The notes: generated by a model not told the origin, from the letters alone. A DNA stretch of 64,000 bases from Pontiella sp. (GCA_050290185.1 JBNKHE010000009.1:96001-160000); one strand, 5' to 3'. Shown: positions 1-9,942, numbered from the stretch's first letter. Numbers and translations: made by a program.

Positions 1-291
1 TTCCCGGGAGATGGCATCGATGGCTTTCCACTGCTCGGCGGTGATGACGCCGCCGGGGACGCGGGCGCGGAGCATGAAGCTGTAGAGCGGCTCCAGCTTC
101 TGGTGGCGGCGCTCGTCGCGCAGGTCACGGTCGTCCTGTTGGTAGAAGCCGTGGAACTTGGTCAGTTGGGTGTCGTCGCCGTATAGGGCGCCGGTGGTGG
201 CATCCTTCAATCCCTCTTCGATGGTTCCGCGCAAATGGCGGCTGCGGGCCTTGATGTGTTCGACTTCGGTCAGTTTCTTTTCGTCGTTCAT
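1..291 (-). CDS. cysI: Assimilatory sulfite reductase hemoprotein (beta) subunit, 5' part only; runs off the window edge
   Basis: Manual translation from the ATG at 291 gives [28 protein letters not shown]...[40 protein letters not shown], the typical CysI N-terminus; lies downstream of cysJ. Confidence 0.93.
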   Translation of the reverse strand, partial: MNDEKKLTEVEHIKARSRHLRGTIEEGLKDATTGALYGDDTQLTKFHGFYQQDDRDLRDERRHQKLEPLYSFMLRARVPGGVITAEQWKAIDAISRE

Positions 292-306
292 GGTAAACTC
301 CTTTGA

Positions 307-371
307 TCGTGATCCGTGACGGTTGAGTCGTGATTGTTCCTCAGTCACGCCTCACGTTTCACTCTTCACGT
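307..371. repeat. Inverted array of 7-nt repeats (4 x NCGTGAN-like, then 4 x NTCACGN-like) between cysJ and cysI
   Basis: tcgtgat ccgtgac ggttgag tcgtgat ... gtcacgc ctcacgt ttcactc ttcacgt. Confidence 0.65.
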
Positions 372-372
372 T

Positions 373-2178
373 TTAATATACATCTCGCTGGTAGCGTCCA
401 TCCTTGTGGAGCTGGACCAGGTATTCCTCCGCTTCCTCGGGGGAGTGGCCTCCCTTTTCGACGATGACGTCGAGCAGGGCCTTGTGGACATCGTGTGCCA
501 TGCGGCTTTCGTCGCCGCAGACATAGACATGCGCGCCGCGCTGGAGCCAGTTCCACAACTCCGAGGCCTGTTCGGCGATGCGGTGCTGGACATAGACCTT
601 GTGGTCCTGGTCGCGCGAGAAGGCAAGGTCGATGCGGTTCAAAACTCCGTCGTTCAGGTATTCCTGCCACTCGGTCTGGTAGAGGAAATCCTCGGTAAAG
701 TGCGGGTTGCCGAAGAATAGCCAGTTTTCGCCAGCGGATTCGGTGGCGGCGCGTTCCTGAATGAAGGCGCGGAACGGCGCGATTCCGGTTCCCGGTCCGA
801 TCATGATGACCGGCTTGCTCGCATCTTCGGGCAGACGGAAGTTGTCGTTGGATTCCACATAGATCAGTACGTCTTCACCTTCCTTGAGACGATGGGCGAG
901 GTAGCCAGTAGCGCCGCCGAGATGGTAGTGCCCGTGGGCCTCGTATTCCACCACGCCGAGGGTCAGGTGCACTTCCTCTTCCACTTCGCTCTGGCTGGAG
1001 GCGATGGAGTAGAGGCGCGGCGTCAGCTTGCGCAAGAGCCCGATGAAGGCCTGCGGGTCGATGGCGGCGGGATACTGCCGTACTACGTCGATGATCTGCC
1101 GGTCGTCGATATATTCGCGCAGGGTTTCGGTGGTTGAAGCTATTTTTCGCAACTCGTCGTTATCGGCGAGATCGGCGTATTCCAGTACGAAGGAAGGATG
1201 CAGCAGCGTCAGTTCGTAGACTTCAACCAGCGCTTCGTGGATCGTGCGGGGTTCGTCGTTGACGTGGACGGTTGCCTGCGGATCGATTTGCATCAGGCCA
1301 AGCAGTTCGGTCACCAGCTCCTCGTCGTTCTTGAACCAGATGCCCAGCGAGTCGCCCGGCAGATAGTTCAGGCCGGAGCCTTCCAGATCGATTTCGATGT
1401 GGCGGATATCCTTTTCGGAATAGCGGCCAGTGATCTTCTGGCAGTTGAGCAGGCGGGTCTTCAGCGGCTTCTTGCGGCTGTAGTGCGCGGTGGGTACTGC
1501 GCCGAATCCGCTAACGGATGAAGCCATCGCGGGGGCGCCGCCTTCGGGAATGATGGCTTTCATGGCGGCCACGGCCTTGGGAATCCAGGCTTCGGCGCCA
1601 TCGTCGAAATCGACATCCAGATCGACGCGGTCGAGAATGCGCTTTCCGCCCAGCTCTTCCAAACGGGCATCGAAATCCTTGCCGATCTTGCAGTAGAACT
1701 CGTAGCTACTGTCGCCGAGTGCCAGCACGGCATAGTGGAAGTCCTCAAGCTTCGGCGGCTTGTTGGAATGGATGTATTCGGCCAGCGCCAGTGCATCGTC
1801 CGGCGGATCGCCTTCGCCCTGGGTGCTTACGATGACCAGCGCATGCTTGAGCTTCTTGAGGTTCTTTTCCTTGAACTTGCCCATGGAGACCAGCTCGGTA
1901 TTCAGTCCGGCTTCCTTGGCGGCTTCGTTCAGCTCCTCGGCTACCGAGCGGGCGTGACCCGTCTGCGAGCCGTAGAGAATCGTGAGCACGTTGTCCGCTT
2001 CGCCGATCGGCATGCCGGCCGGCAATCCCTGGACCGAGCCTTGGGCGCTCAGGCCGGAAAAGTAGCCGCCGACCCAGGCCAGCTGGGAAGGGGATAGGGT
2101 TTGGGCCAGCTGGTTCAGCTGTGCAATCAGTTGGGGATCGAGCCCAGCACCGGTGGAATGTGTAGGTTGTGTTGACAT
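373..2178 (-). CDS. cysJ: Sulfite reductase [NADPH] flavoprotein alpha subunit
   Basis: QLAWVGGY N-terminal segment, flavodoxin motifs ILYGSQTG and STQGEGDPP, RLYSIASS, MIGPGTGIAPFR, C-terminal RYQRDVY. Confidence 0.96.
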   Translation of the reverse strand: MSTQPTHSTGAGLDPQLIAQLNQLAQTLSPSQLAWVGGYFSGLSAQGSVQGLPAGMPIGEADNVLTILYGSQTGHARSVAEELNEAAKEAGLNTELVSMGKFKEKNLKKLKHALVIVSTQGEGDPPDDALALAEYIHSNKPPKLEDFHYAVLALGDSSYEFYCKIGKDFDARLEELGGKRILDRVDLDVDFDDGAEAWIPKAVAAMKAIIPEGGAPAMASSVSGFGAVPTAHYSRKKPLKTRLLNCQKITGRYSEKDIRHIEIDLEGSGLNYLPGDSLGIWFKNDEELVTELLGLMQIDPQATVHVNDEPRTIHEALVEVYELTLLHPSFVLEYADLADNDELRKIASTTETLREYIDDRQIIDVVRQYPAAIDPQAFIGLLRKLTPRLYSIASSQSEVEEEVHLTLGVVEYEAHGHYHLGGATGYLAHRLKEGEDVLIYVESNDNFRLPEDASKPVIMIGPGTGIAPFRAFIQERAATESAGENWLFFGNPHFTEDFLYQTEWQEYLNDGVLNRIDLAFSRDQDHKVYVQHRIAEQASELWNWLQRGAHVYVCGDESRMAHDVHKALLDVIVEKGGHSPEEAEEYLVQLHKDGRYQRDVY

Positions 2179-2356
2179 TTTTCGCTAAATCCTTGTTTCT
2201 ATACCCTCGACGCGAGCGATTCATTTTTCCATGTTCCGCTGGCGTTTCTTAAATTGATGGCGGCGACAATACCCGATAAAGTGATCGTTTCAATCATATA
2301 ATTTACAAAACTGTACGTGATATACATGATTTAAATACCTACTAGAGTGTAAGCAA

Positions 2357-3145
2357 ATGCCTGAACCCAACCTAACCTGTGCCTATTCGTCCTGTCCAAA
2401 CGATACGTTTATCTTCTGCCAACTGGCGCAGGAAGCGGGTATCGACACCCATCTGCACGATGTAGAGACCCTCAATCGCTGGGCGTTCGAGGGAAAATTC
2501 GACGTCACCAAGCTTTCGTTTCATGCATGGCTGTTGGTGCAGGATTCCTATCAACTGCTTAATGTGGGGGCCGCACTTGGGCGTGGATGCGGGCCGTTGG
2601 TGATTAGCCAAGAGACTTGCGATTTGACGTCAAAGTCCGTGTTCGCCGTTCCCGGGGAATACACCACCGCCCATCTGCTGTTGCGCCTATGGCGTCCGGA
2701 TATCGAAAACCGCGTCTTCATGCCCTTTGATCACATCATGGACGCCGTTGCCGCCGGCGACGTCGATGCCGGGGTGATCATACACGAGGGGCGCTTTGTT
2801 TATCGGGAACGCGGCTTCCATTGCCTTCAGGATCTTGGAGAGTGGTGGGAAACGAAAACCGGCCAACCGATTCCGCTGGGTTGCATCGCCGCGAAAAAGA
2901 GTCTGGGTGTCGAGCGCATCGCAGCGTTTGAGCAACGCTTGAAGGCTTCAATCGAGTTTGCCTTCGGCTATCCGGATTCGACAAAGGAATATGTAAAGGC
3001 GCACGCACAGGAGCTATCCGAGGAAGTTACCCGCGAGCACATCAAAACCTACGTCAACGATTTTACCCTCGATCTCGGAGTCGAAGGTCGCGAAGCGATT
3101 GACCAATTACAGACAATGGCGAAGGCTGCAGGAGTTATTCGATGA
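2357..3145 (+). CDS. mqnD: 1,4-dihydroxy-6-naphthoate synthase (futalosine pathway)
   Basis: SCPNDTFIF, DVETLN, GAALGRGCGPL, IIHEGRF, DLGEWWE..TG.PIPLG, HIKTYVNDFT motifs. Confidence 0.93.
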   Translation: MPEPNLTCAYSSCPNDTFIFCQLAQEAGIDTHLHDVETLNRWAFEGKFDVTKLSFHAWLLVQDSYQLLNVGAALGRGCGPLVISQETCDLTSKSVFAVPGEYTTAHLLLRLWRPDIENRVFMPFDHIMDAVAAGDVDAGVIIHEGRFVYRERGFHCLQDLGEWWETKTGQPIPLGCIAAKKSLGVERIAAFEQRLKASIEFAFGYPDSTKEYVKAHAQELSEEVTREHIKTYVNDFTLDLGVEGREAIDQLQTMAKAAGVIR

Positions 3146-4527
3146 TCGGGATTTTGTTTGCAACGGAGATGGAGGCCAAGCCGTTTCTGGATCGGGGTGA
3201 GCCGGAAGGGACGGTAACGGTCATTTCCGGGATGGGGATGGAAGCGGCCCGTATTGCCACGGAACAGTTGATTGAGGAACATGGTTGCACAACCGTTATC
3301 AATGCGGGTGTTTGTGGTGCTTTGCATAACCGGCTCGAACGTGGCGCGGTCTACCGCGTCTCGATGGTCAGCACCGAAAACCTGAAAACCGCCGTCAATG
3401 TGGGCGTGGGAATTGGCCTGAAAAAACTGGTTACGGTAGAGGAACCGGTCTTTCAACCGGAGCGAAAACGCGAACTTTCGAAGCAGGGCGATCTCGTGGA
3501 CATGGAAGGCTATGCCGTGGCCCGCGTCTGCGAGGAACACAACGTCCCCTGTATCATGATCAAGGGCGTCACCGACTTCGGCGACCACAACGGCAAGGAA
3601 GATATCCAGAAGCATATCGACCCGGTTTCACAGACCGTGGCCGAGGCCATCATGATGTGTCTACAAAAGCCGGAACCCAAGAACGGTGAATCATCGACGT
3701 TGATGCAAAAACTCCATTCCTTCACCAAGGTGGAACATACGATCTTCAGCCTGCCGCTCTTGTTTGCCGGCGCGTGGCTGGGCGCCGGCGGCATGCCTTC
3801 GCTAAGATCATTGCTTTTAATTGCGTTGGTTGGGCTTGGCGCGCGCACCTTCGGCATGGCAATCAACCGCATCCTCGATAAGAATATCGACGCCAAGAAT
3901 CCGCGCACGAAAAACCGCGAACTGCCATCGGGCAAGCTTTCGATGGGGCAGGGCTATGCCGTGGCCATGGTCGGGATTGTCCTGTATTTCGTCGGATGCG
4001 CTTGGCTGGGCAGTGCCGTGCTGAAGCTATCATGGGCGCCTTTGATTCCACTTTCGCTCTATTCCCTGCTTAAACGCTTCACACCGCTATGCCACTACGG
4101 CATCGGGATCTGTTTGGCGACCGCTCCCTTGGGGGCGTTTGTTGCGGTGACCAACAGTCTGGCGTTCTCGCATGAAGTACTGTTGCTGTCGCTCTTTACC
4201 TTCTGCTGGATGAGCGGCTTCGACATCATCTACGCGCTTCTCGATATCGACTTTGACCGCGAGCATAGAATACGCAGTATCCCGGCCAAGCTCGGTGCCG
4301 GCGGAGCCCAGTTGGTAGCAGCCAGTACGCATCTGGTTTCCTTTGCCGCGCTGGTGCTGCTTTGGATGTCGGTCGGTGGTGCGTTGTCGTTTGTGGCGTT
4401 GCTGGTTTCGGCCACCGCCTTCGGCGCGGCCTACTTGCAGAGCATCCCGGTGCATGCTAGGTTCTTCCCAATCTCTGCCATCGTTGGCATCTTCGGCGCG
4501 CTGGTGGTTCTTTTAGGAGCTGGTTAA
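3142..4527 (+). CDS. Fusion of an N-terminal MTAN/MqnB-like nucleosidase and a C-terminal UbiA-family (MqnP-like) prenyltransferase
   Basis: First ~175 aa: ATEMEA, INAGVCG, VDMEGYAVA, IKGVTD (PNP/UDP fold). C-terminal part: KVEHTIFSLP, NRILDKNIDAKNPRT..RELP, GFDIIYA..DIDFD and multiple TM helices. One continuous frame. Confidence 0.85.
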   Translation: MIGILFATEMEAKPFLDRGEPEGTVTVISGMGMEAARIATEQLIEEHGCTTVINAGVCGALHNRLERGAVYRVSMVSTENLKTAVNVGVGIGLKKLVTVEEPVFQPERKRELSKQGDLVDMEGYAVARVCEEHNVPCIMIKGVTDFGDHNGKEDIQKHIDPVSQTVAEAIMMCLQKPEPKNGESSTLMQKLHSFTKVEHTIFSLPLLFAGAWLGAGGMPSLRSLLLIALVGLGARTFGMAINRILDKNIDAKNPRTKNRELPSGKLSMGQGYAVAMVGIVLYFVGCAWLGSAVLKLSWAPLIPLSLYSLLKRFTPLCHYGIGICLATAPLGAFVAVTNSLAFSHEVLLLSLFTFCWMSGFDIIYALLDIDFDREHRIRSIPAKLGAGGAQLVAASTHLVSFAALVLLWMSVGGALSFVALLVSATAFGAAYLQSIPVHARFFPISAIVGIFGALVVLLGAG

Positions 4528-5087
4528 TGAACTTGGTTGTGGCAATGACGGGCGCTTCGGGTGCGCTGGCGACGAAGCTGCTGGTGGAAAAATCGCAGTG
4601 GCCGGTGACGCTGGTGGCGAGCAAGATGGGACGATTCGTCTACGAACAGGAAGTCGGCCCATTCGCGGAACTCGAAGAAAAGGCTGCCGAAGTATGGAAG
4701 GATGCCGATCTGACGGCCACCATCGCATCCGGATCGGTGCCCACTGTGGGCATGGTAATCATGCCGTGCTCGGCCAACACGCTGGGTAAGGTGGCGTCTG
4801 GTATTGCGGACTCGCTGGTGACGCGCGCTACGCATTGTCAGCTCAAGGAAGGGCGCAAGGTCGTGCTCTGCGTCCGTGAAGCGCCGTGGACGTTGCTGAA
4901 TGCGCAAAACGCCGCTAACATTGCTGCTGCCGGTGGCACCATCATGCCTATGTCTCCGCCGTACTACATGGCAATCGGTCGCGATCCCAATTCCGTTTCC
5001 ATGGCTGAGATGCTCGGCTATTACGTTGATCACGTCCTCTCCCTCTTCGGCCAGGAAGCGCCGAAAACCTGGAAGGATATCCGCTGA
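4527..5087 (+). CDS. ubiX: Flavin prenyltransferase UbiX (MqnM-like)
   Basis: VAMTGASGA, IASGS, PCSANTLGKVASGIADSLVTRA, LKEGRKVVLCVREAP. Confidence 0.92.
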   Translation: MNLVVAMTGASGALATKLLVEKSQWPVTLVASKMGRFVYEQEVGPFAELEEKAAEVWKDADLTATIASGSVPTVGMVIMPCSANTLGKVASGIADSLVTRATHCQLKEGRKVVLCVREAPWTLLNAQNAANIAAAGGTIMPMSPPYYMAIGRDPNSVSMAEMLGYYVDHVLSLFGQEAPKTWKDIR

Positions 5088-5123
5088 GTTGTGGTTAGAG
5101 CGTATAAAATGTAGCCCTTCTGA

Positions 5124-5175
5124 TGGAGGGACGATGTCCTCATCGTCCGCGGACAACGAGGACGTTATCCCTCCA
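5124..5175. repeat. REP-like imperfect palindrome TGGAGGG...CCCTCCA between convergent genes
   Basis: ggagggacgatgtcctcatcgtcc-gc-ggacaacgaggacgttatccctcc; related copy at 30297-30346. Confidence 0.6.
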
Positions 5176-5216
5176 ATATGGTGAGGGCGCGGCTATGGCC
5201 CTCCTCTTACTAAGCT

Positions 5217-7025
5217 CTAGAACGCGATCCCGCTATCGGCCAGCAGTCGATCCACGCTGGCATTGACGGCCGGGTCTTCAATCAGCGGAGGGGCGTGGTG
5301 CGGCTTGAGGCGGGCGTCGATGATCAGCGGTCCCTTGCATCCCCAGTGCTTGAACCGGATCTGTTCCCCGACCCCGTGCACATCGTGCGACGGATTGGAG
5401 CGGGTGAAGGTGAGCCACAGGAAGTTGTCGAATTGTTCGGCGCAGAAGGCGGGATCATCGCACAGCACCACTAGCGGGAAGGTTCCGATTTCCGGTTGTT
5501 CCGACAGAGTGTTCGCGAGGGCTTCGATTTCAGCGCCAGCGGCATCATGATTCGAGAAGGCAGGGCCGGGAACCGCCAGAATGCCGGGGGCGACTACGGC
5601 GCCATCGATGGGCGGGAGCTGCGTGCCGAGGCGGCGCACAGGAGGTCCATTGGCGGCAAACACGACCTTGGATCCATGGTTCAGGGCCGTGCCGGAATAG
5701 TCGAGGGTATCGATGCTTGTTTCCGTCTGGAAGTGAAGGTCGCGCTCCCATTGGATGCGTTCGAGCAGGTGGGTGAAGAAGGCCGGGATGTCGTGGATGT
5801 CTAGATCCGGGTTGTCGGCTTCGTTGACGATGAATAGGTATTTGGCCAGCGAGAGTTGTCCCTTTCCGAGAATCGCGTTGGCCAGCGTGAGTATTTCCGA
5901 CGGACGGATGGTTTTCATGTAGGGAGTGTAGCGCTCCCGGCCAATGGCCAGCAGCAGCGGGTGGACCCCGGCGGCATCGACGGCATGTACGGCTTTGAGG
6001 CCCGGAATCTCGGCGGGGATGGCCGCGCCGGTCATGGCATGGATTATTTCACCGAAGGTGGTATCTTCTTGCGGAGGCCGACCGACGACCGTAAACGGCC
6101 AGATGGCGTCGCGTCGGTGGAAGACCTCTTCGACTTTCATGCAGGGAAAGAGGTGGTCCAGGCTGTAGTAGCCCAGATGATCGCCGAACGGACCCTCGCG
6201 TTTGAGCGTTTCGTCAATGGTTCCGAGAATGCAGAAGTCGGCCTCGGCCGCCACCGTCCACTCCCCATGGCGTGTGTATCGGAAACGCCGGCTGCCGAGC
6301 ACGCCTGCAAAAGCCGTCTCGGGCATGCCTTCCGGCAGGGGCATGACGGCCGCGAAACTCATGGATGGCGGACCCCCAATGAAGATGGCGACGCGGAACG
6401 GGCGGCCGCGGTCCTGATGCAGTTTCTGGTGTACACCGATGCCGCGGTGAATCTGGTAGTGCAGTCCCACCTCGCGGTCGGGTTTATATTCGTTGCCGGC
6501 CTGTTGGATACGGTACATGCCCAGATTGCTTTTCATCGGGTTGCCGGGATGGTCGGGGTGTTCGCTGTAGACCTGCGGCAACGTCACGAAAGGGCCTCCG
6601 TCATCGGGCCAACTGACGATTTGAGGAAGGTCCGAGAGCTTTGCCCGGCACTCCAGCACGGGTGCGCGGCGCGGCGGCACCCGTTTGGGCAATGCATGCA
6701 GCGCCGCCATGCCGGCGGAAATGGCATTCAGTGGTTGCTTCAGCAACTGGCCTGGATCGGCTTTTGCGCTCACCAGAGTGGTCACTTGGTCATAGGTGTC
6801 CGCAAAAAGCAGGCGCGCGCGTTCCGGTGTGCCGAACAGGTTTGAAATGCAGGGGAAGGCGCACCCTTTTACCCGTTCGAACAGGATGGCCGGTCCGCCT
6901 GCACGATAGGCGCGCCGTTGGATTTCCGCCATCTCCAGGTAGGGATCGACCTCGTCCCGGATCCGCAGCAGTTGACCGTGCCGCTCCAGTGCCTCGACGC
7001 ATTCGCGTGTACTTTTATAACCCAT
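5217..7025 (-). CDS. ubiD: UbiD-family (MqnL-like) prFMN-dependent decarboxylase
   Basis: WPDDGGPFVTLP, NLGMYRIQ, EGPFGDHLGYY, VGRPPQED motifs; start taken at MGYKS (7025), although the ORF track extends to 7103. Confidence 0.92.
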   Translation of the reverse strand: MGYKSTRECVEALERHGQLLRIRDEVDPYLEMAEIQRRAYRAGGPAILFERVKGCAFPCISNLFGTPERARLLFADTYDQVTTLVSAKADPGQLLKQPLNAISAGMAALHALPKRVPPRRAPVLECRAKLSDLPQIVSWPDDGGPFVTLPQVYSEHPDHPGNPMKSNLGMYRIQQAGNEYKPDREVGLHYQIHRGIGVHQKLHQDRGRPFRVAIFIGGPPSMSFAAVMPLPEGMPETAFAGVLGSRRFRYTRHGEWTVAAEADFCILGTIDETLKREGPFGDHLGYYSLDHLFPCMKVEEVFHRRDAIWPFTVVGRPPQEDTTFGEIIHAMTGAAIPAEIPGLKAVHAVDAAGVHPLLLAIGRERYTPYMKTIRPSEILTLANAILGKGQLSLAKYLFIVNEADNPDLDIHDIPAFFTHLLERIQWERDLHFQTETSIDTLDYSGTALNHGSKVVFAANGPPVRRLGTQLPPIDGAVVAPGILAVPGPAFSNHDAAGAEIEALANTLSEQPEIGTFPLVVLCDDPAFCAEQFDNFLWLTFTRSNPSHDVHGVGEQIRFKHWGCKGPLIIDARLKPHHAPPLIEDPAVNASVDRLLADSGIAF

Positions 7026-7148
7026 GATGCGCCGCATCCTACCGAATCGGGGGTTGTCCTTCCACTTCTTACGCAACAAACCGTCCACACCCCAATCGGT
7101 CATAGATCTTCGTTGCCTTTCCTGTAGTTGTTACGAATACTTGGGTGC

Positions 7149-7868
7149 ATGGATCGCAGTACAACAGATCGGGATACGCTGATATCCGCCGAGGAAAACC
7201 GCAAAATGTTTGATCGCATTGCGAAGAACTATGATGCGGCGAACCGGGCGATTTCGATGGGCATGGACCGCGGGTGGCGGCGCAAGACGGTCCGGCTGCT
7301 GAAACCGTTTCGCGGAGGCCGCTATCTGGATGTCGGTACGGGCACCGGCGATTTGGTTTTCGAAATTCTTGACCAGTCGGGGAATGTGCTGGTGGACGGA
7401 ATCGATCCGGCGGAACAGATGCTGGCCATTGCCCGCAGTAAGGCGGCTAAAAGGGATATTGGCGATGCGGTTAACTTTTTTGCCGGTGATGCGCTGAATC
7501 TGCCGATGGAGAGCGATACCTTCGATGGTATCGTTTCAGGGTTTTGTTTCCGCAATATTGAACGGCGTCAGAAGGCGCTGGAGGAGATGCGGCGGGTGCT
7601 CAAGCCGGGTGGCATGCTGGTGATTCTGGAGGCGACCTATCCCGAGAGCGCACTGATTCGTTTAGGGTACAAGCTATATGCGCCCATGGTTCCATTGATC
7701 GGGCGGATGCTGGGCGGCGGTTCGGCCTACAAATATCTGGTCGATTCGATCGAAGATTTCCCGAAGCCGGAAACGGTAACCGACATGTTCAGTGCTGCAG
7801 GATTTTCGCATGTGCAATATACACCGCTGACCTTTGGAACCGTGTGCATTTTTTCAGGGAAGAAATAA
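7149..7868 (+). CDS. menG: Demethylmenaquinone methyltransferase (UbiE/MenG family)
   Basis: MFDRIAKNYD.AN..ISMGMD..WRR, LDVGTGTGD, RVLKPGG, AYKYL..SI..FP. Confidence 0.9.
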   Translation: MDRSTTDRDTLISAEENRKMFDRIAKNYDAANRAISMGMDRGWRRKTVRLLKPFRGGRYLDVGTGTGDLVFEILDQSGNVLVDGIDPAEQMLAIARSKAAKRDIGDAVNFFAGDALNLPMESDTFDGIVSGFCFRNIERRQKALEEMRRVLKPGGMLVILEATYPESALIRLGYKLYAPMVPLIGRMLGGGSAYKYLVDSIEDFPKPETVTDMFSAAGFSHVQYTPLTFGTVCIFSGKK

Positions 7869-7874
7869 CGGGAT

Positions 7875-8618
7875 ATGGCTAAAACCGAATTCATTTTTGC
7901 GGGGGCGCCGTACAGCAACTCGGCGCCGTTGGTGGATAAGCTGACGGAGGTCGATCCGCGTGTGCGGGTGATCAACGACCATCCGGCCAATCTGGTGCGC
8001 GACCTCAATGCCGGCAGGGCTGACGTCGCCCTGATCCCCGTGGCCCATCTTTTTGCGCACCCGGAGCTGACCATGCTGGAAGGGTTGGGTGTCGCCGCCG
8101 ACGGGCCGGTGCAGAGCGTGCTGCTCAAGTGCAACAAACCGATGGGGCAGATCAAAACCGTAGCGCGTGATCCGGCTTCAGCGACATCGAATGCATTGGC
8201 GACGCTGCTATTGAAGCGCTATTTCAAGCAGGATGTGGCGGTGGTCGATTTTGGCCATATTGAAACCCCGGATGCGGCCGTGGTGATAGGCGATCGAGCC
8301 CTGTGTGCCGAACCGGCTCCGGCCGGGGATATCGATCTGGGGGACGCATGGAAAAAATGGACCAAGTTGCCTTTTGTGTTTGCCGTATGGGCGGTCCGCG
8401 CTGAGTTTCCGGAAATCGAGACCGTCACGGAAATCACGCATAAAGCCTATGCCGAGGGTTTTCTCGCGGTCGAGTCAATTGCTACGCGGTACGTGGATCA
8501 GCTGGGCGGTTCGCTCGATTTCTGGGTCGATTACCTGGACAACTCAATTCACTACCGGCTCGATGAGCGGGATCTGGAGGGTATGGAGCTGTTTCGACGG
8601 TACTTATCCAAGCGGTAG
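7875..8618 (+). CDS. mqnA: Chorismate dehydratase (futalosine pathway)
   Basis: YSNSAPL, GPVQSV, SATS..L, VIGDRAL, DLGDAW..WT.LPFVFAVW. Confidence 0.88.
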   Translation: MAKTEFIFAGAPYSNSAPLVDKLTEVDPRVRVINDHPANLVRDLNAGRADVALIPVAHLFAHPELTMLEGLGVAADGPVQSVLLKCNKPMGQIKTVARDPASATSNALATLLLKRYFKQDVAVVDFGHIETPDAAVVIGDRALCAEPAPAGDIDLGDAWKKWTKLPFVFAVWAVRAEFPEIETVTEITHKAYAEGFLAVESIATRYVDQLGGSLDFWVDYLDNSIHYRLDERDLEGMELFRRYLSKR

Positions 8619-8642
8619 ATGGATTTGGCCAGGGGATTGGTG

Positions 8643-9812
8643 TTACAGGTTGTCGATGTATTCCGCGACTTTCTTGCCCACGTAATCCAGGACCTGGGAA
8701 GCATATTCCAATCCGTAGGCATAGCCTTCGAGTTCGTCGTGCAAAAAGCCCGTCAGGGCCTCCTCGTCCGATTGTTTCTCAACCTGCAGGGAAAAGCGGT
8801 GGGTGATGTTGGCGAGATCATGTGCACTCTTGTAAACTTCATCGCGCAACTTGCTCTGCTGGGTTCGTGAAAGGCGGTTCTTCCGTATAACCTCATTAAC
8901 CCGTTCCACCATCTTGTTGTGGACGGTGGACCAGCTGGTCAGGCTGATGTCGGGGTAGTCCTCGTGGGGTACAGGGTCAAACGGGGCATCGTACCAGCCA
9001 TCGATGATCGCGGCCACGGATTCGATCGTGTGCTGGGTGACGAGATAGGGCTTGCCGAACCTTTCATTGTACCATCGCCAGTTTACAGGAACAAACGCCA
9101 CATCGGTCAGGCGGTAGCAGAAGCGGCGGGTCTTGTTCTCAAACCGGGCCTTTTCTTTGTCATCGTCCTCCTCGCTCGGGGCTGAAAATTGCACAAAGCT
9201 GGCAATACCGATGACCTCTTTGTCCAGATTGAGCACGGGACTTCCGCTGTTGCCGGCTACAAACTCGGCCGAGACTTCGACCAGGTCGGAGCCTACGCCA
9301 TTGACCTTGCCGTAGAGCTCGGTGGCCACGCCGCCGCCTTCGCTGTTTCCGAATACCGCCAGCGGAATACCGATGGCGAGTTTTTTACTGATGACAAGCG
9401 CATCATCGCGTTCATCAATCACAATTCGTGCAATGTCGCGCTCTTTGGACAGTTCAACGCCCAGAGGTTTGATTTCCTCTCCCGTAACGGTCTTGAGATT
9501 GATTTTGTCGGCACCCAAAATTACATGCTGGTTGGTGTAGATATAGGTTTTTCCATTATCCTTGGCGATGAATCCGCTTCCGACGAAGCGTCCAATACTG
9601 GAGTCGCATTCGATGATGACCAGGTTTTGCGCCACGTCGTTAAAGGAATAGGTGAATTGTGTTTTAACGTCCTTTTCGTCGACGTGTTTGGACTCCTCTG
9701 ATTTCTTTTGGTCCTTCTCTTCAGCCTGTACCGTAAAGGCAACTCCCATACTCATCAGGATCAAGCAAAGCCAGCGGGTAGAAAATGGTTTCCAGGTGCG
9801 GCATTCAGTCAT
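8643..9812 (-). CDS. Secreted trypsin-like serine protease, paralogue 1
   Basis: Signal-like N-terminus; GSGF, TNQHV (His), RDIA (Asp), GNSGSPV (Ser). Confidence 0.82.
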   Translation of the reverse strand: MTECRTWKPFSTRWLCLILMSMGVAFTVQAEEKDQKKSEESKHVDEKDVKTQFTYSFNDVAQNLVIIECDSSIGRFVGSGFIAKDNGKTYIYTNQHVILGADKINLKTVTGEEIKPLGVELSKERDIARIVIDERDDALVISKKLAIGIPLAVFGNSEGGGVATELYGKVNGVGSDLVEVSAEFVAGNSGSPVLNLDKEVIGIASFVQFSAPSEEDDDKEKARFENKTRRFCYRLTDVAFVPVNWRWYNERFGKPYLVTQHTIESVAAIIDGWYDAPFDPVPHEDYPDISLTSWSTVHNKMVERVNEVIRKNRLSRTQQSKLRDEVYKSAHDLANITHRFSLQVEKQSDEEALTGFLHDELEGYAYGLEYASQVLDYVGKKVAEYIDNL

Positions 9813-9942
9813 TGGACTTCTCCCTTTGGCTTCGCTGTTTGATTGTGCGGCTCACGCAACCCGCATCCTGCAATATTTGCAGGCTGATAGCAAGTGGGAC
9901 CGGGCGTACATTGCCTCTGGATAAAACGCCAGCATATGCTGG

